A stretch of 32,000 nucleotides of DNA from NCBI RefSeq assembly GCF_000010065.1, contig NC_006576.1:720001-752000 (forward strand). Direction: 5' to 3'. The stretch's first letter is position 1, and each line of letters begins with the position of its first letter. Origin of the DNA: Synechococcus elongatus PCC 6301. Its GTDB lineage: Bacteria; Cyanobacteriota; Cyanobacteriia; Synechococcales; Synechococcaceae. The translations under genes were made by a program, and so were the position numbers. A model generated the notes under the pieces. It made no database searches. It was not told the origin of the DNA and saw nothing but the letters and a program-made list of their open reading frames with translations. Shown here in pieces: positions 29,013 to 32,000 of the stretch.

Positions 29013-29603
29013 TCAGAAGCGGAGACAAGGTAGCCACTGGGCGATCGCTTCTGGAGATAGTTGTAGCCGTCGCTGAAAATCAGCGATATCTCGATAGGGA
29101 CCGCGCAGCAAACGCTGATGAATAATCTCACGGGCGATCGCTTCATTCACCCCTGGTAGAGTCTCTAGAATTTCAGGATATTTGGCTCGATTCACCCAAC
29201 AAGGAACGATCGCAACTTCAGGTTCTGCTTCGTAATAGCGAAACACCAGAATCGGCGCGATCGCTTGTAATTGGCTAACGTCTAATCCCAAGGCCTGAGC
29301 CACATCGTCCAGATCCGCAAAGAAGAAGCCTTGCTGCCGTAGCTGCACCAAAGTTGTTGTTTGCCTAGGTGTAATCTCAGGTAGCCTTAGCCAGTCTTCA
29401 GCAGCCGCACAGTTAACATCTAACCGCAGACCTAAACTCGCGGCCACTTCCACTTCCAGCGCATTCTGAAAGCGATAATTCGGGTTTTGCTGCAAGCGTT
29501 GCTGCAGGATTTGTTGCAGTTGTCGCCAAGCCGGAGAAGGGCGATCGCGCTGACTGGTCGCCCACTGTTGCAGGGGTTTGAACCAAGCTGCGATCGCCTC
29601 CAT
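29013..29603 (-). CDS. Helix-hairpin-helix (ComEA-like) domain protein, cyanobacterial conserved hypothetical
   Basis: 196 aa; two regions resembling HhH repeats (EDWLRLPEITPRQTTTLVQLRQQG..DLDDVAQALG and PEILETLPGVNEAIAREIIHQRLLRGPYRDIADFQRRL). Confidence 0.7.
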   Translation of the reverse strand: MEAIAAWFKPLQQWATSQRDRPSPAWRQLQQILQQRLQQNPNYRFQNALEVEVAASLGLRLDVNCAAAEDWLRLPEITPRQTTTLVQLRQQGFFFADLDDVAQALGLDVSQLQAIAPILVFRYYEAEPEVAIVPCWVNRAKYPEILETLPGVNEAIAREIIHQRLLRGPYRDIADFQRRLQLSPEAIAQWLPCLRF

Positions 29604-29611
29604 AGTTACTC

Positions 29612-31360
29612 CTAGTTGTTGCTAACGTTCCCCATCCGTTCACTGCGGCGCAGACGCAATTGTGTCCGAATCAAAAGTCCCAACGGAATCAATCCCAAAC
29701 CAAACGGCGCGATCGCCAGTAGAGGTAAGGCACTCAAACTCACAATCGCTGAGCCAATCCACAGGGCTGCAGTCAGAATCGCCCAAGTCTGGCTCTGCTG
29801 CGTCAGCAGGAGGCGACGTAGGAGGCGATCGCTTTCGCTGGCACGGACACGCACGCGCAAATCGCCCTGCTCTAACTTGTCCAGCGTGTCATCCAAGCGG
29901 CGCGGCAGCCCCAAGGCTGAGTTGCCCACCGCAAGCGCTTGGCGACTGAACTCATTCAACAAACCAGCAGGATTCGGAGTGGCGTCAGACATAATCTCAA
30001 GGGCGTAGGGTTTGGCAACCGTCATGAAATTGAAATCGGGATCCAAGCCTTTGCCAACCCCTTCCAGGGTCGAAAACGCTCGCATCACAAAGGTAAAGGT
30101 AGCGGGAAAGCGAAACGGCTGGTCGTAGGCAATCTCGTAAATATCGTCGCTAATCGCACTGATCGACTGGCCTTCAAAGGGGCGATCGAGGAAGTTATCG
30201 AGCAGATATTGCACCGATCGCCGCACAGGGCCGAGATCGCCTGTGGGCAAAAGCGCTCCCAGTTCGACTAGGGCACTGACGATATCATCAGCATCTTTGC
30301 GGGCAATGCCTAAGAAGACCTGCATCAACTTACTGCGGACATCAGTGCGAATCTCGCCCATCATGCCGAAGTCGTAGAAAATCAGGCGACCCGTCGGACT
30401 AACCGCCAAGTTGCCCGGATGCGGATCAGCATGGAAGAAGCCGTGATTGAGCACTTGGCGTAGGTAGGCTTCGGCGTTGAGCTGCGAAATTTTCTGGCGA
30501 TCGAGGTTGGCCGCTTCCAGCGCCGTGTAGTCACTGATTTTGATGCCGGGCAGATATTCCAGCGTCAGCACCCTCGGACTGGCATAGCGCCAATAGACTC
30601 GCGGCACCAGCAACCAGTCGCAGTCGCGAAAATCACGCCGAAAGCGATCGGCATTGCGACCCTCGCGCAGGTAGTCGGTCTCTTGCCAAAGGATTCGGCA
30701 GCATTCTTCGTAAATGCCCACCCAATCGCGCCCTTGGCCCCAGCGGCGATGGCGCTGAAAGTATTCAGCAATGCCCCGCAGAATCGCCAAATCGACGGTA
30801 AACAGTTGCTGGAGGCCGGGGCGTTGCACCTTGACCACCACGGCTTCGCCGGTCTTCAGACGGGCGCGGTGAACTTGGCCTAGGCTGGCGGCCGCGAGAG
30901 GAACCGGATCAAAGTCACTGAACAGTTCTTCAGGACTCGCCCCCAATTCATTGCTCAGGATCTGTTGAACCTGCTCTAGATCAAAGGCTGGGACTTGATC
31001 CTGCAGCTTCGAGAGTTCTTCGACATACTCGGCTGGAAATAGATCGGCCCGCGTTGAAAAGAGCTGCCCAACTTTAATAAAGGTTGGCCCCAGATCCAGA
31101 CAGGTTTCGCGGATCCAACTCGCTAATTTGCGGCGGCGTTGGTTTTGGCGATCGCTACTGAATCCTCCGAAATACGTCCAAGGTCGCTGAATCAGCCACA
31201 GTCGAAAACTAAGCAGCAGCACAAACCGCCAGATATCGGCACTGCGCTGCCAGCGTGGATAGCGTCGCCGATCCCAGCGATAGCGACGACGGGGTGGCTG
31301 GGGCGGCGAGGGAGCCGCTGCGATCGCGGCTGACTCAACAGAGAGAGCAGTCACAGCCAC
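29612..31360 (-). CDS. AarF/ABC1/UbiB atypical kinase family protein
   Basis: 582 aa, GTG start; TFIKVGQLFSTRADLFPAEYVEELSKLQDQVPAFD, AAASLGQVHRARLKTGEAVVVKVQRPG, NHGFFHADPHPGNLAVSPTGRLIFYDFGMMG; two C-terminal transmembrane-like segments. Confidence 0.95.
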   Translation of the reverse strand: MAVTALSVESAAIAAAPSPPQPPRRRYRWDRRRYPRWQRSADIWRFVLLLSFRLWLIQRPWTYFGGFSSDRQNQRRRKLASWIRETCLDLGPTFIKVGQLFSTRADLFPAEYVEELSKLQDQVPAFDLEQVQQILSNELGASPEELFSDFDPVPLAAASLGQVHRARLKTGEAVVVKVQRPGLQQLFTVDLAILRGIAEYFQRHRRWGQGRDWVGIYEECCRILWQETDYLREGRNADRFRRDFRDCDWLLVPRVYWRYASPRVLTLEYLPGIKISDYTALEAANLDRQKISQLNAEAYLRQVLNHGFFHADPHPGNLAVSPTGRLIFYDFGMMGEIRTDVRSKLMQVFLGIARKDADDIVSALVELGALLPTGDLGPVRRSVQYLLDNFLDRPFEGQSISAISDDIYEIAYDQPFRFPATFTFVMRAFSTLEGVGKGLDPDFNFMTVAKPYALEIMSDATPNPAGLLNEFSRQALAVGNSALGLPRRLDDTLDKLEQGDLRVRVRASESDRLLRRLLLTQQSQTWAILTAALWIGSAIVSLSALPLLAIAPFGLGLIPLGLLIRTQLRLRRSERMGNVSNN

Positions 31361-31690
31361 CTAGTCTGAAAGAGATTGGCGATACTGCTGCAGCGCAAAC
31401 CGGGTTGCAGCAATTTCCGCTCGTAGGTCATCCAACAGGGCTTGCAGATCCACATCCGTCGGACGGCTCGGTGCTGGCTCCTGCTCCAGATCCGTCTCGG
31501 CTTGCTGAATCACTTCCTGCACGAACTGCTGCAGCGTTTGCCGGTATTCTGCTTCCCAAATGCCGAAATCACTGAGGCGATCGGCAACCACTTCGCCCGA
31601 GGGCGCGCTGAAATTCACGGACGAGCGATCGCCCCAAGAAAAAGGCTTCCCGGCTGGGATCAGACGGAGCAGACAAGATAGCGTTAACAA
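31361..31690 (-). CDS. Small hypothetical protein immediately upstream of the AarF gene
   Basis: 109 aa; its stop codon ends at 31361, one base before the AarF start on the same strand, suggesting an operon. C-terminal part is helical. Start codon uncertain. Confidence 0.5.
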   Translation of the reverse strand: MLTLSCLLRLIPAGKPFSWGDRSSVNFSAPSGEVVADRLSDFGIWEAEYRQTLQQFVQEVIQQAETDLEQEPAPSRPTDVDLQALLDDLRAEIAATRFALQQYRQSLSD

Positions 31691-31744
31691 ACGGCAACAG
31701 GGGCCATTATAACGATCGCCACTCGTCTGGCTCTGCTGCGATCA

Positions 31745-32000
31745 CTACTGGAGCGGCGGTGCAGTGGGGGTTGGAGCGACTGGCTCGGGTGCGGAGGGCG
31801 CGATCGGTTCGGGTGCGGGAGACGGTGTCGGTGCAACCAAGCTAGGCTCTGTAGCGCTCTCGGTGGATGGAGCCGCCCAAGCTGGTGGTTGCTCGCTCAG
31901 GCTATCTGTGGCGGCCGCGTCGGGAAACTCTTGGCTCGGCATGGGCATGACCGGCAGATCGGGTGCGATCGCTGTTGAGGGCTGGCTAGACCACTCGTCA
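31745..32000 (-). CDS. C-terminal fragment of a Pro/Ala-rich protein, open at the right window edge
   Basis: Frame stays open upstream of the tracked Met at 31948 (DEWSSQPSTAIAPDLPVMPMPSQEFPD... reads through to 32000). C-terminus TPSPAPEPIAPSAPEPVAPTPTAPPLQ. Confidence 0.55.
   Translation of the reverse strand, partial: DEWSSQPSTAIAPDLPVMPMPSQEFPDAAATDSLSEQPPAWAAPSTESATEPSLVAPTPSPAPEPIAPSAPEPVAPTPTAPPLQ

Noticed and set aside
1-32000. Numerous GCGATCGC palindromes
   Set aside because: These are HIP1 octamers, a genome-wide feature of this cyanobacterial lineage. Used here only as a marker of native DNA.

Overview
This 32 kb window comes from a cyanobacterial chromosome. The dense GCGATCGC (HIP1) octamers, the rpsL-rpsG-fusA-tufA-rpsJ 'str' cluster and the protein sequences point to Synechococcus elongatus (PCC 7942/6301 type). 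Most of it is ordinary core genome. In order: a truncated glutamate synthase on the minus strand; a phosphodiester glycosidase-like gene and a small cupin gene; the str operon; a LON substrate-binding-domain protein; pheA; a DUF1997 protein; rnhB; rne (with a Pro/Thr-rich 15-bp repeat tract); a B12-binding radical SAM/DUF2344 protein; alaS; a small membrane protein; a SNF2-family helicase; an HhH protein; an AarF/UbiB kinase; and a Pro-rich ORF open at the right edge. The accessory part is about 26.48-28.98 kb. It holds an AT-rich, HIP1-free segment encoding a 362-aa DUF4062 protein. This is followed by a GIY-YIG-fold protein and a hicB-hicA toxin-antitoxin pair in inverted gene order. The DUF4062 gene is the best candidate for an undescribed (possibly defence-related) system, but function cannot be shown from sequence alone. 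Other observations worth checking are an 11-bp exact inverted repeat at the two ends of that ORF, a two-stem hairpin between alaS and the radical SAM gene, hairpins after tufA and rpsJ, and the intragenic repeat in rne. No tRNA, rRNA, CRISPR array or transposase was recognised.
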